From Batkoa obscura (Eukaryota): a stretch of DNA of 64,000 nt. Position 1 is the stretch's first letter. Each line of letters begins with the position of its first letter. Under the pieces are notes generated by a model. It ran no database searches. It was given only the letters and a program-made list of their open reading frames with translations, and had not been told where the DNA came from. A program made the translations under genes and the position numbers. The stretch is taken from assembly GCA_030770535.1 (NCBI GenBank), contig JASVEC010000022.1:310001-374000 (forward strand). Direction: 5' to 3'. This document shows positions 49,973-61,811 of this stretch, piece by piece.

Positions 49973-50200
49973 TTACATTATTTTACTTATAGTTTACGCA
50001 CTTAGATTAAAAAATGTGAACATTTTGCAATAAGAATTTTGCCATTTGCCAGTAAAAAAATTGTGCAATTTTATGTAAACTCAAAGCTAAACTTGCATCT
50101 ATTAGTATGGATGTCCAAAGTATTTCAAATCGGAAATTCTTATTACAAAATGTTTACTTTTTTTAATCTAAGTGCGTAAACTATAAGTAAAATAGTGTAA
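49973..50200. repeat. Fold-back element (~75-bp arms)
   Basis: tattttacttatagtttacgcacttagattaaaaaa vs ttttttaatctaagtgcgtaaactataagtaaaata. Confidence 0.85.
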
Positions 50201-50296
50201 GTTCCTTGCAATTTCGATATCTCATTTAAGTAAGAATGTGTAAAATGCTAATTATAATATATTTACTTTTGAAGTATTAAATAATAATGGTACATA

Positions 50297-50369
50297 GCCT
50301 GGCTAGCTCAATCGGCAGAGCGTGTGACTCTTAATCACAAGGTTGCGGGTTCGACCCCCGCGTTGGGCT
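50297..50369 (+). tRNA. tRNA-Lys(CTT)
   Basis: GCCTGGCTAGCTCAATCGGCAGAGCGTGTGACTCTTAATCACAAGGTTGCGGGTTCGACCCCCGCGTTGGGCT. Confidence 0.95.
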
Positions 50370-51090
50370 CAAAGTGAAGAATATATTTTTTTTTGATGAC
50401 ATTATCTTTGTCAAAGAAAACGTGTTGTTTCACTTAGGTCCGAGAGTCTTTACCTTTGAAAGATCTCATAGTCTGACTACACTTGTTTTTTTATTAGCTA
50501 GTTCTGAACAACATTTATTAGTTTTGCGAAACTGTTGCTTTAATAGTGTAAAAATAAAAATATATTCTGAATAGCACTGAAAAAAGTTTTTTTAAAATTC
50601 AATGAGATCATTTTTTTAATATAAAGTAAAAAGTTATTAAATATTTTAACTGCAAAAAAACACACCATTAACTATAAAACTAATACTGAAGTTAATATTA
50701 AACTAGCGTTTTATATTAAAATTCAGTAATTTTTTACTAAGGCTGATATAATTTTTTTTTTAAAATAATTATAAAATACTAATATTCTTTGATTTGAAAT
50801 ATAACTTTGTTTTTAAATTAAATTGTTTATTATTAGTTTATTTAAATGGGTACACTTGCTACAGTGTTATGATACATATTTATAATAAATATAAAGGTTA
50901 TTGTTTTTGAAATTAATATATTTTAACTAAAATCATTATAAATAAAATAACCATATCTATATAAATTAGTTTAAACAAAAGAGTTTTAAATAGTTTAGCA
51001 AAGTAGTATAGACTATAAAAACTAATTTTATAATTTATGTTCTAATTATTTAAATATTTTTTATATTTTATTTTTATATTAAAACTTATA

Positions 51091-51190
51091 TGGGGGTGTA
51101 TTTTTTTGTTTAAGAATTCTACCAACAATCTTTCCACTCAAATAGTGCTTAAAAAATGGAAAAGTGATGAAACCAAAAAAAACATCCTCA
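51091..51190 (+). mobile_element. MITE family 1
   Basis: TGGGGGTG...CATCCTCA, TA flanks. Confidence 0.75.
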
Positions 51191-51302
51191 TATACTTTAG
51201 TTTATTTTCTTAATTTAGTTTATTTTTTTTAACTATATTTATATTTATATTTATTGTGTTTGTATTTATTATTTTTATTATTTTAGATAAATTATTAATA
51301 AT

Positions 51303-51849
51303 TGTGAAATATTGGTTTATCAGCTCTCGGATTAATTATAACATAATAATTGTTCAACTTGTTTACAAAACTAGTTTGTAGTTTTATAATCAATTTGACC
51401 GTGATCCATGCGGTATAATCAATTCAGAGTTCCTCATTTAGATTTTTTGTGAAAATTTCTATCGCCTAATTGCAAAAAACTTATTGTTCCACGTTTTAAT
51501 CCCCATATTTGGCAACTATAATAAGGAATAACTATTGCTATGCTTCTTACATATAGCCACCAAGTTGAGTATAAAAGAGACTACTCAGCATAATAACTCG
51601 ACGATTTTTAATTGAATTACTCCCTGATATCGTACCATCAATAAAGTTATTAAGTCTTTCTGACAATATCTTATGTAGATTTACAGTAGTATCTTCTATT
51701 CTATTTGTTTTACATAGTTCATAGCCTATTGCGCACTATCCTTACTAATTTAAGTCTATCTTAGTTACATAAACTAAGACTGTTCGACTCAAGGCAAGTT
51801 AATCAACAAAAATTGCTTTTAACTCCAACCACTGAGTAACCCTTTCACA
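51303..51849. mobile_element. Probable solo LTR (547 bp)
   Basis: TGTGAAA...TTTCACA termini, near-TSD taat/caat, right end shared with 1-104. Confidence 0.6.
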
Positions 51850-52082
51850 CAATTTAAATTATTTTTTTCTTTCTTTCTTTCTTTCTTGTAATTTATTAGT
51901 AAAATTTTTAAATAAAAATATACACCTTTATTTACATCCTTAGTTTTTTGTTATAAAATATTTTATATGCTTTTTTAATAAATTATTATAAACTTTTTAT
52001 AATCTTTAACTTTTTATAACTAGTATTAAATAAATAGACTTTAAGCATTAAATTTTATATGATTAATATTTTTAATTAATAT

Positions 52083-52179
52083 AATGTTTTTTTCGATTTC
52101 ATTGTTTTTTCCATTTTTTAAGCGCTATTTGAGCGGAAAATTTGCTAGTAAAATTTTTAAACAAAAAAATATATTCCCA
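52083..52179 (-). mobile_element. MITE family 1
   Basis: Reverse-complement core ttaagcgctatttgagcggaaaa. Confidence 0.7.
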
Positions 52180-53324
52180 TATGGTACTAAAATTCCAGAC
52201 TAACTTACATCATTAAAGAAAGCTTTTAAGAGTATTTAAATGTTACAAAATAAAATTAAGGCCACCATGAAACTTACTAAACTGAGAATTTTATAAATTT
52301 TATATGTAATTTGAATAACATTTAATTTACAATAAACTTAACTTTTGTTTGGTGATATTCAAAATGTTATTAAATTCTTTATTAAAAGATCTTTATTTTA
52401 TTCAATGGTATAATCAAAATTACCAAAATTTTCAAAACATCTGAACCACTAGTACACCCGCTGCATCCAAACACTGCCCCGAGATTTCTTACTTTTGACT
52501 TTGGATGCCACTTTCGCTAAATACAGTAAATAAAGGTGACTGTTATTTTTTACATTTGCATTTTATTGCATATTATTATGCACTATTCAATATAAATATA
52601 AAAAAGCATTCAGTTAATTTTAAATCTTTAAGGCTATTTCTAAAGTTTTCTCCTATTCTTTAAAAAGTATTGTGCAAAGATGTAGAGTTGCTACAGTACC
52701 TTTTTTATAATTTTTTTGTTTTAACAGTCTTTTCATTATTTTTATCTGAAAAAAGGAGATTGTTTTAGAAACAACCTTATAGTGAAGCTGATATTTGAAC
52801 TCAAATCAAGAAAAATTAGGACAGTGTTTGGGTTTACTAAATACAGTAGGTAAGCTAGTGGGTCAAGTGTCTTATAAAATCTGACAGCATTAGGATTTTT
52901 TTTAGTAAAAAAAGCTAAATAAAATAGACCAGAAATGATTGAGTGCTTATGGCATAATGGTAGAAGAAGGATTTTTGCTTATATAAAATAGAAGTAAAAT
53001 GCTTAGGATAAAGTTTACGGCAAATAGAATTGATATATTAAAAATGTGACTTACATTTGATGCCTTTGTTTTAATAAAAAATCCTTTTAGTTCTTCATCC
53101 TCAAACAATTAAACTTTATTTTTCATTGAATTTATGGCTAAAGCTTATCTAAATCCAGAAATAGTTGAATCACTTTATTGTTGTAAATAAGAAACAATAA
53201 AGTCAAAGTAACAGATCCGCTAATTTCTGACCATAAGTAAAAACTAGTTTTAGATAACTAAATTGAAAGTATAAATTAATAATAACCAAGTCTATCTTGA
53301 TATATTTTTATTCTCTTTTTAAAC

Positions 53325-54314
53325 ATGAATTCGACACTATATATGGAAAAGGTGGCCTTGCAGCCAACTAGTAGCTTCACTTCCGAAAGTACATATTACA
53401 GTAATTTGACCATTGCACTTTCGGTTTTATCTATCTTTTTCAACCTATTTACGTTTTATTTAGTAAAAAGGCAAGGCTTTAAAACATTTGATATGTGGAT
53501 GGCTAGTTTTTTGACGATTGGAGACGCTATATTTGTTACTTATAAACTTTGTCAAGCGGTAGCATTTAATATCATAGGGATTGAAACAATATTTTTAAAT
53601 GAAAATTATGGCCAATATGATGGCATCATCGAAGTTTCCTTCGTATTCTTTTCAGTTAGTTGTGTCGGGTTTTTGGCTTTATTAAGGTATTGGGCTCTAT
53701 GTTTAAAAAGGAAGTTAAAAGTATGGGTATGGGCTACTGTATTTGTGTTCCTTCAATTTTTTCATTTAGGAATATTGATAGGAGTGTTTGTTAATGAGGG
53801 CTTTATACTTATGCCTTTTCAAAGGTATTATTATCCTAATGCTCTTTCTGCTGTTTTTATAACAAGATTTACTGCTTGCTATATGTTAGTCCTTTGTTTT
53901 ATTTGTTTAATTTTGGTTAATTTCTGTTACACTTCTTTAGCTAAACGATTTGCCTGTTTACTAGAAAATAATAGAAATAGTGAATTAAATGACTCATTTT
54001 ACAACTTAAATTCTAATGTAAAAAAGCAGAAACGTAGTACATATATCAAAACAGGTATTATGTTGCTGCTTTATAACATTAGTGTAGGGCCTTTCATAGT
54101 GATTAGTATGAAAGAACAGATATTGACCCGGCTAAGAAGCAGTATTGAAGATTTTATAGTATTAGTTGCTGTAGTGTTCTTTACTGTGGTTAACCCAATG
54201 GTGCTAATGGTTTTACATGATAGTATTTGTACAGATATAAAATTAATATTTAGCTCACTTATCGATAAATTTAAAAAGAAAGAGCATACACTCAATTATG
54301 AATCAACTAAATAA
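53325..54314 (+). CDS. Intronless 7TM class-A-like GPCR, paralog of 14691-15677
   Basis: Same motifs (FNLF, TIGD, LALLRY, VNPM); colinear over full length. Confidence 0.75.
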   Translation: MNSTLYMEKVALQPTSSFTSESTYYSNLTIALSVLSIFFNLFTFYLVKRQGFKTFDMWMASFLTIGDAIFVTYKLCQAVAFNIIGIETIFLNENYGQYDGIIEVSFVFFSVSCVGFLALLRYWALCLKRKLKVWVWATVFVFLQFFHLGILIGVFVNEGFILMPFQRYYYPNALSAVFITRFTACYMLVLCFICLILVNFCYTSLAKRFACLLENNRNSELNDSFYNLNSNVKKQKRSTYIKTGIMLLLYNISVGPFIVISMKEQILTRLRSSIEDFIVLVAVVFFTVVNPMVLMVLHDSICTDIKLIFSSLIDKFKKKEHTLNYESTK

Positions 54315-55200
54315 TATTACAAACGATACGCTTTATATTTAATAAAACCAAGTTAATAATTCATGTATATAAATTCATTTTTTTAGATGCCTTAATAGAG
54401 TTAAACAAAATGCTTTTAAATTGTTAGTTTTTTATTCAAGTTCGTTCATTAGTTTAGAAATTTAACCATGATGCTAAAGGAATTCAAAATAATAATACAA
54501 AAATAGATATAAGTAACATGATCAATAAGTATAGATAAAGATATTCCTTTGATTTATTATAAGAGATAAGCTCCTAGATGACTATTTTGTTAATAAGCAT
54601 CAACTAGTTAGAAGATAGGAAATTAGGTCCAAGGCAACAGGACCTCTTTGCCATTGTAACTTTTTTCTATTTTTGCTTTAGAGTAGTTAAAGTCGATTAC
54701 CCACGCTAAACGCCATTCTATAAAGAAAGATTGAGCCAATGGGATATAAAGCTCTTTATAAAAGAAAAACCTTTTATGCATTCTATGAATGGTCCGTGAC
54801 ATCTAAACACTAAAGTAAAAAGGGGGCAGTGTGTGCTTTGTTAAGATAAGACGAAAACTGATTCATAGTATATGGAAGGTTATGAGTTACTAATTTTATT
54901 GCAGGTATAATGATATACTATAAAGGATTTCCTGAAGGACATATAAGGAAACTGTAGTCTAAAAAGCCTTCCAAATTGTTATAAAATGGGCAGGGAGGAT
55001 TTATCTCTGGTTTGAAAGAGTTTATACTTACTCTGGTTGAGAAAATAGTACAGTTACTCTCCAGGATATAGCTAAATGAAAAAAGTGTACTTTAATGAGA
55101 ATGGTTTTTTAAAATTAGAATTATATATAAACGTGATTTTAAGTAAACAATATAAATGTGATTTCAAACAAACAGTATAGATTTATTTATTTTTATTGAT

Positions 55201-56000
55201 TTATAATTTATTATCAATTAATTTATTTTGTTTTAAATGATCAATAATAATCTAAAAATATAATTAAATAACTAGTCAAAAAAAAGGAAAACGCTTACAT
55301 TAACAGCTTCATCAACAGTAACTAGGTGATTATTAATTAAAATCTCTGGGTTTAATGGTGCTTCATAAGGTGATGAAATACCAGTAAATTCTTTAATAAT
55401 GCCTTCGCGTGCTTTTTGATATAACCCCTTTGGATCCCTTTTCTCAGCTATTTCTAAAGGTACATGAATATAAACCTAGTTTACAATGAATAAATTGAAT
55501 GTTCAGTGTAAATTTTTTTACCTCAAGAAAGTTTAAATTATCCTTCAAGTGAATAGACCTAGCAAATTCACGATCTTTAATAAAGGGAGAAATAAAAGAA
55601 GTAATGGTAACTACACCACTGTGGTTAAACAGCTTTGCTACCTAAATGCATATGACTATTGTATACTGATCAGTGTTATATAATGTAGCTTACTTCACTT
55701 ATTCTTCTTATGTTTTCAATTCTGTCTTCATTTGAAAAGCCTAAATCTTTATTTAATCCAAATCTAACGTTATCACCATCTAAACGATAGCTTTGGATAC
55801 CACTTTGGATTAGCTTTTTCTCTAATAGTATAGCAATAGTTGATTTCCCACTACCGCTTAGTCCTGTTAACCATATTGTCACTCCCTAGTCTATGTTAGT
55901 ATTTTATTTATAAATTAGTCACATAGGTTACCTTTTGTTGATTATATTGGGCTCTTTCTTCATCCGTAATGCCTTCTGACCATGTAATATTTGTTGCCAT
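55201..56000 (-). CDS. MET14: Adenylyl-sulfate (APS) kinase, 5 exons
   Basis: [56 protein letters not shown]. Confidence 0.95.
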
Positions 56001-56214
56001 TTGTTAAAGTAAGGGTTTTAATTTGAAATCAAATAAAAAGTATTGTGCTATGTTACTTATTTCTTGTTATTTATACTATCTTTGATTGCTATAACTCCAA
56101 TTTTTGTATCATTTTTGATTTTTTTACATCTTTTTTTTGTTTTATGGTGTCATGATACCTCTATTTCCATATTTGGGCAGCTCTTTGATTTTTACATACA
56201 ACTTTAATAGCATA

Positions 56215-56312
56215 TGGGGGTGTTTTTTGGTTTCATTACTTTTTCTATTTTTAAGCGCTATTTAAGTGGAAAAACTGCTAGTGAAATTCTTAAACAAAAA
56301 AATACATCCCCA
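56215..56312 (-). mobile_element. MITE family 1
   Basis: TGGGGGTG...CATCCCCA, TA flanks. Confidence 0.75.
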
Positions 56313-56486
56313 TATTATTAAAAACATTAATAATCTAAAATGTCAGGTCAAGAATGATTAAATTGGTGTTCTGTAATTTTATAATTTAAACAAATAATTA
56401 AATTAATATATACAATATTTATTATAATAAATCTAAAACTTATAGAAAATACAGATAATGAATAAACTCATTAGATACACATAAAA

Positions 56487-57380
56487 TTAAATTAACTTTG
56501 GTTTAAGTTTAGCAACAAAGGTAATAAATGTAGCAATTTGTTGAATAACACTTAAATTATTAGGGATAGCGTAATGATCACCAAATTCACCATTAACTAA
56601 AGTAGTATTAAAACCAAGTCCATTTAATTTATCCTGGAAATGAAAGGATTGATTTTGATGTACTAAAGGATCCTGAATAGAATTTATTAATAATACTTGG
56701 GGTAATGCTGGGTAATGAATAGTATCAATTGCTTTCTTTGAAATAAACTGGGGTGATGCTTGTTTCCAGATAGTTGTATTGCTTTTATTAGAGTTATCAT
56801 CACTAAAAGCAATATTTAGAAATTTTTTACCATAATTATAATCTTGTTTATATAATAATGGTAAATCAAAGATACCACCTAATGAAATAACTCCTTTAAT
56901 TTTAGATACAGAATGTAATGTATGATTATCTTTAGATAAATAGTGGTTAGCATTAAGTGTCATCATACTTGAAATTTGACTACCAGCAGAATGTCCACCT
57001 AAGAATATTAAGTCTGGGTTGATATTGAACTGTTTGTTGTTATTTAGAATATGCGAAAATCCTTTAAAGCAATCAAGGATATGGTCTGGATATCTAATGA
57101 AATTACTTGAAGAACTCAAACGATAATTTAATACAACAGTAGCAACACCAAGATCGGCTAATTTGGAAGCAAACTCACTATCATCTCTTTTGTCTCCTGA
57201 TACCCATGCTCCACCATGAATCCAGATCAATAAAGGAGTATTGATATTTTGATCTTTTGGTAAATATACATCATAGCTGTTAATCCAATTTGATGTATCA
57301 CCAGTATACGTTATATTCTGAAGATTATTGATCGGTAATAAAAGTTTACTTTTAAGTGAGATATGTGGCCAAACAATCAT
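56487..57380 (-). CDS. Alpha/beta hydrolase (HSL-like/kynurenine formamidase-like), intronless
   Basis: HGGAW oxyanion motif, GHSAG nucleophile, QDPLV Asp, GDH His. Confidence 0.9.
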   Translation of the reverse strand: MIVWPHISLKSKLLLPINNLQNITYTGDTSNWINSYDVYLPKDQNINTPLLIWIHGGAWVSGDKRDDSEFASKLADLGVATVVLNYRLSSSSNFIRYPDHILDCFKGFSHILNNNKQFNINPDLIFLGGHSAGSQISSMMTLNANHYLSKDNHTLHSVSKIKGVISLGGIFDLPLLYKQDYNYGKKFLNIAFSDDNSNKSNTTIWKQASPQFISKKAIDTIHYPALPQVLLINSIQDPLVHQNQSFHFQDKLNGLGFNTTLVNGEFGDHYAIPNNLSVIQQIATFITFVAKLKPKLI

Positions 57381-58636
57381 ATTTATTCAATTTTTTATAA
57401 TCTTTATCATTATTTCCTTAGTTTATTTATACTTAAAGCCGTTATCTGGTTACTACAATGCTAGCTTATGATTTAATGAAAAACGGTACAAATGTTATTA
57501 CTTTGAGACTGTTTAATGAACAAAATTTAATCTATGAAGCTGTAAACTGTTTTGATGTTCTAGTATATTAGGTGATTCTATTGTGTATGACTTTTTTTCT
57601 GCTTTGAATCATTTTATTAATTGTTATACCTAAAGTTTAAAATCTCAAATAACTTATTAAGTTTTTTAGTTAATTATCAATAGATTTAAGTGACTTTAAA
57701 AAATATACTGCGGCAAAATCAAATGTTCCTATTATTGTGCTTTAATCTATGACAATTTTTTTTATTATATGAACAATTTGGTTTTATTTTTATCATGTTC
57801 TTATAGTGATAGGTCTAATTAGATGAAATAAAGACATGATGCTTAAATAACATAACGTTGACTTAATCATATTAAGATTGACTTTTTATCTTGTTTAGTT
57901 TATTAAAACATTTACATTTATTTGCTTAATTTCTATTTATCAAAATAAAGTTAATATTTATTAATTGAATGATGTAGTATAAATTATACTAATTTTTCAA
58001 AAAAAAGAAAAAGAAAATATTTAACATATTAGAAATAAATACGTTTTACTACAATGAGAAATATTATAAATATCCTATAAGATTAAAAAAGAATAAGTAT
58101 AATATTATTGGCTCATTTTAATAGTAAAAAGTGAATTTGATCCTACGTCAAGATGTAAACTTTTAGTGACTTTACTTCCAATATAAATCTAAAAGTTTAT
58201 ACAAATGATATTTAAAAATGAAAATAATGACAAACATTTGATTAGTTAGTATTTAGTATTTTTAAAATTATTTGAAATTGTTAATTTTTATTATAGTATG
58301 TATTATACTAAAACTTGGTTTTAATTTGATAATAAATAAATAGTTATTTAAATTAATAAATAGTGTTTTTTTAAATTAACAAAATAGTTTCTATAATGAT
58401 ACATTGATTTGTTATATCTTTGAAGAAAGCGTTTATTTTTGCTTAATATTTTTTTTCATTACTTAATTTTTATTATTATTATTTAATATTTTTTATTATT
58501 ACTTAATATTCTGTATTACAGCATCATATAATATTAATATACTTCAAAAATAACTTTTCTAATTATACTTATCTGAAATATATACTGGCTTTTCAATAGT
58601 TGCAGATTACTTGGAAACTTCTTTTTTAAAGCTTTT

Positions 58637-58718
58637 ATGTTAGCTATTAATGTTTAGCTATTAATGTTTAGCTATTAATGTTTAGCTATTAATGTTTAGC
58701 TATTAATGTTTAGCTATT
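58637..58718. repeat. Minisatellite (TTTAGCTATTAATG) ~5.5 copies
   Basis: Direct 14-bp tandem repeat. Confidence 0.9.
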
Positions 58719-59348
58719 TATAAAAATATTAATATTTTAGATTTCTCTTCATCACGTTGCCTTAGTTAATTATAACTAATTGTTTTTTTCTATTTAAAAA
58801 AAGCTACTAAATATAGATGTAAAATGATTAGGATTTCATTTGCTTATTTCTTATAAAATAAGGAATAGCTAAACCGAATATTTTTTTCTGAGTATCTCCA
58901 GTAAGTTATCATCGTCATTTAAGCTATTATCATTTCAATGTAATTAAAATCAATTAGTATTAACTTTTAAGATTTAAAAATGTTTCATACTTCAACTCTA
59001 AATCCGTAAAATGAATAAGCAAAATCGTATAAGAGTAATTATAAAGTAATAAAAAATTAACACACCCATTAATAATGAAATTTATGAATAAAATCAAATA
59101 ACAAGTTCTTTTGTTTAAGAAATTGACTAATCATTAATCTCAATTTTAAATAACTTGTAAAGTGAACATGGTAATAAGATAATAAAACATAAAGCTACGA
59201 AAAGAAAGTCATTTGTATTTTTACAAGTTGGCATCAACTTTTATGACTCTAAAATAGTATTTTGTAAAGTGATGGAATAAACTTGTGAAAGCTAAAGCTA
59301 TAATCAGAATGATATTTAAAGCATTACTATGTAATTTGGATTAAAAGT

Positions 59349-59409
59349 TATAAACTTAAATAATAAACTTAAATAATAAACTTAAATAATAAACTTAAAT
59401 AATAAACTT
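59349..59409. repeat. Minisatellite (TAAACTTAAATAA) ~4.5 copies
   Basis: Direct 13-bp tandem repeat. Confidence 0.9.
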
Positions 59410-59714
59410 CAAAATTAAATTTAATAACATGAGACTAAAATAATAAGCTTAACAATAATAAACATTTCATTCAAAACCCCAACAAAACTAATGATTTCTT
59501 GCTTATATACCATATTAAGTAATATTAGTACATTGATATTAAAAAATTAGCCCATATAAGTGACAATCTACTGAAAAATAAGGTCAAGTAGTATCAAATG
59601 ACTTGGACGATTTAAAACAACCAATTTAAAGATAAGGTAAGAGTAAGAGTATAAAAAGATAGATAACAATCAATAAACTTTTGTTTTCCTTTTTATTTCG
59701 ATTTGAAGTACAAA

Positions 59715-59754
59715 ATGAGTGGAAGTCAACAAAACAAAAACACAATCGAATATC

Positions 59755-59822
<68 letters not shown>

Positions 59823-61229
59823 CCTTCATCAACCGATGATCAAAAAATCAATAAAAAAATCAACCAAATTGAAGATTTATATTCAAAGTTTATGATTGAT
59901 AATGCCAATGTTAATCAACTCAGTCCTAAAGCCACTACTCCACCAGGATTCGGGTTGGATAATTTAATGTTCGATTTCAACAAGTTCGCGATCGATGATA
60001 CTAAAGATACATTATTTGATTCCATCTGGAACAAAAGTAATCAAAGTTCTACTCTTACCACATCATCGTATGTTAAGAATAAAAGTAAATCCATGTCTGA
60101 AATGAATCTTAATTTGAATATCAAAAAGTCACTTCAAACTTCTATTCACAATCCGCAATTTCATTCTAAAGATAATGTAAAGACATCGCATGGAGTTAGT
60201 AACAGTTCGAATGTACAAGCTCAATTATCCAGAATTAATCACTTCAATGAATATACCATAAGATTGTTATTAAGTGATAAGGAAGCAGGTGTAATCTTTA
60301 AACCAGAAGTCAATGTGCTATATAATTTGAGTAAAAATAAAGTAAAAGTATCGATTACGAAGCCATCAATTATTCCAAACATTAATGATCGTATATTAAC
60401 ATTACAAGGGACTGTTGAAAATGTTGCAAAGAGTGTTTCTACTTTATCGAAGATTTGGACTCAAAACGAGGAAACAAGTACCATTTATATCAAAGGTGGT
60501 ATAAACTCACGTAAGTTAACAGAAGAGCATACTTTTGTACGATTACTTGTATGTGATCTAATGATTGGTTCCATTCTTGGTACAAAAGGATCTAATGTAA
60601 AACAAATTGAGTCAATTAGTGGGGTTAAATTAATTGCTTTTAAAGGTAAATTACCTGAATGTAATGATAGGATGATTGAATTACAAGGTAATGTCACTAG
60701 TATTTATATATCAATGTTGATCATTGGGGATAAATTATATAATTGTAAAATACTCAATGGAGTTGTTGTGAATTATGATCCCAATAATACAGTTTCAGGT
60801 ATTGTTAAAGATGTTTTGGATAAACGTGAGCCATTACATCCATATCCTGGGAAACGTATTGTTCAAGCAAATCAGGATACTATTTCCCCACTTCATAGTC
60901 ATAGTAGTAATGAGTCATTAAAGCCATCTTCACTCCATTACCGTAGTAGGTCACATCCAAACATGAGAAAAGAGCCACAAGTAGATAATCTAATGAAACG
61001 AGAGATTATTGTCCATTCTGATATCTTATATATTCTTCAAGAGAAAAGTAAGAGAGATTTGGATTTATTAGATAGTGAAGAAGATTCTTTATTAAATATA
61101 TCAATTACACAAGAAAACTTTGGTTACACTAAAATCACTATTGTTGGTAATCAAAACTCTTGCTTAAGAGCTTTTAATATCTATGATTTTTATATCAAAG
61201 TTATCCGTAAGGATATTAAATTTATTTAG
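59715..61229 (+). CDS. KH-domain RNA-binding protein (PCBP/Hek2-like, diverged) with N-terminal poly-Asn
   Basis: VRLLV..MIGSILGTKGSNVKQI..DRMIELQG canonical KH; upstream degenerate KH; ATG at 59715. Confidence 0.85.
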
Positions 61230-61811
61230 GCTGTGCCGTTAGCTCATACTCGTATTATTGGCAATAATAAAATTTATTTATTTGCTGGGATGTATTTATT
61301 GTCGTATATTTTATTGTTTTGTTTTGCTTTGTTTTGTTTTAATATTGCTGTATCTCAAAGTATCAACTTTGTGTATTACGTTTTTTATGTCTGACATTAA
61401 TTAGAATTTTATTTATTTCTTAAAAGTAAAGAAATAATTAGATATACGCTATTACAAATTCACAACTACTTTCTTATTACTATGAGAATAATTATAATGA
61501 TAAATTAAACAGAAATATTGTTCACGATTTGATTATAATAACCCTTTGATAAATTTTAAATAGAAGCCAACTCTAATTCTAAAAATAAATGTTTAATTTA
61601 AATATAATAACTTGTTGCTGTATGATATAATATTGTTATAAAGTATTTAACAAGAAGCCATTAAAATTACAATTAAAATTACAATACAGCTATGGAATAA
61701 TCTAGCCAAATAAAATTGATTAATAGCCACCTAGAATAAGAACCAATAAAAAAAGGAATAATTCTAATAAAAAAAATTAAAACTTTCAGATAAATAGATT
61801 TTTCTAAAAAA

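Noticed and set aside
58637..59409. Short direct repeats as CRISPR or telomeric arrays
   Set aside because: No unique spacers, eukaryotic context, internal AT-rich minisatellites
59626..59832. Poly-Tyr ORF
   Set aside because: Antisense reading of the (AAT)n tract in the KH gene
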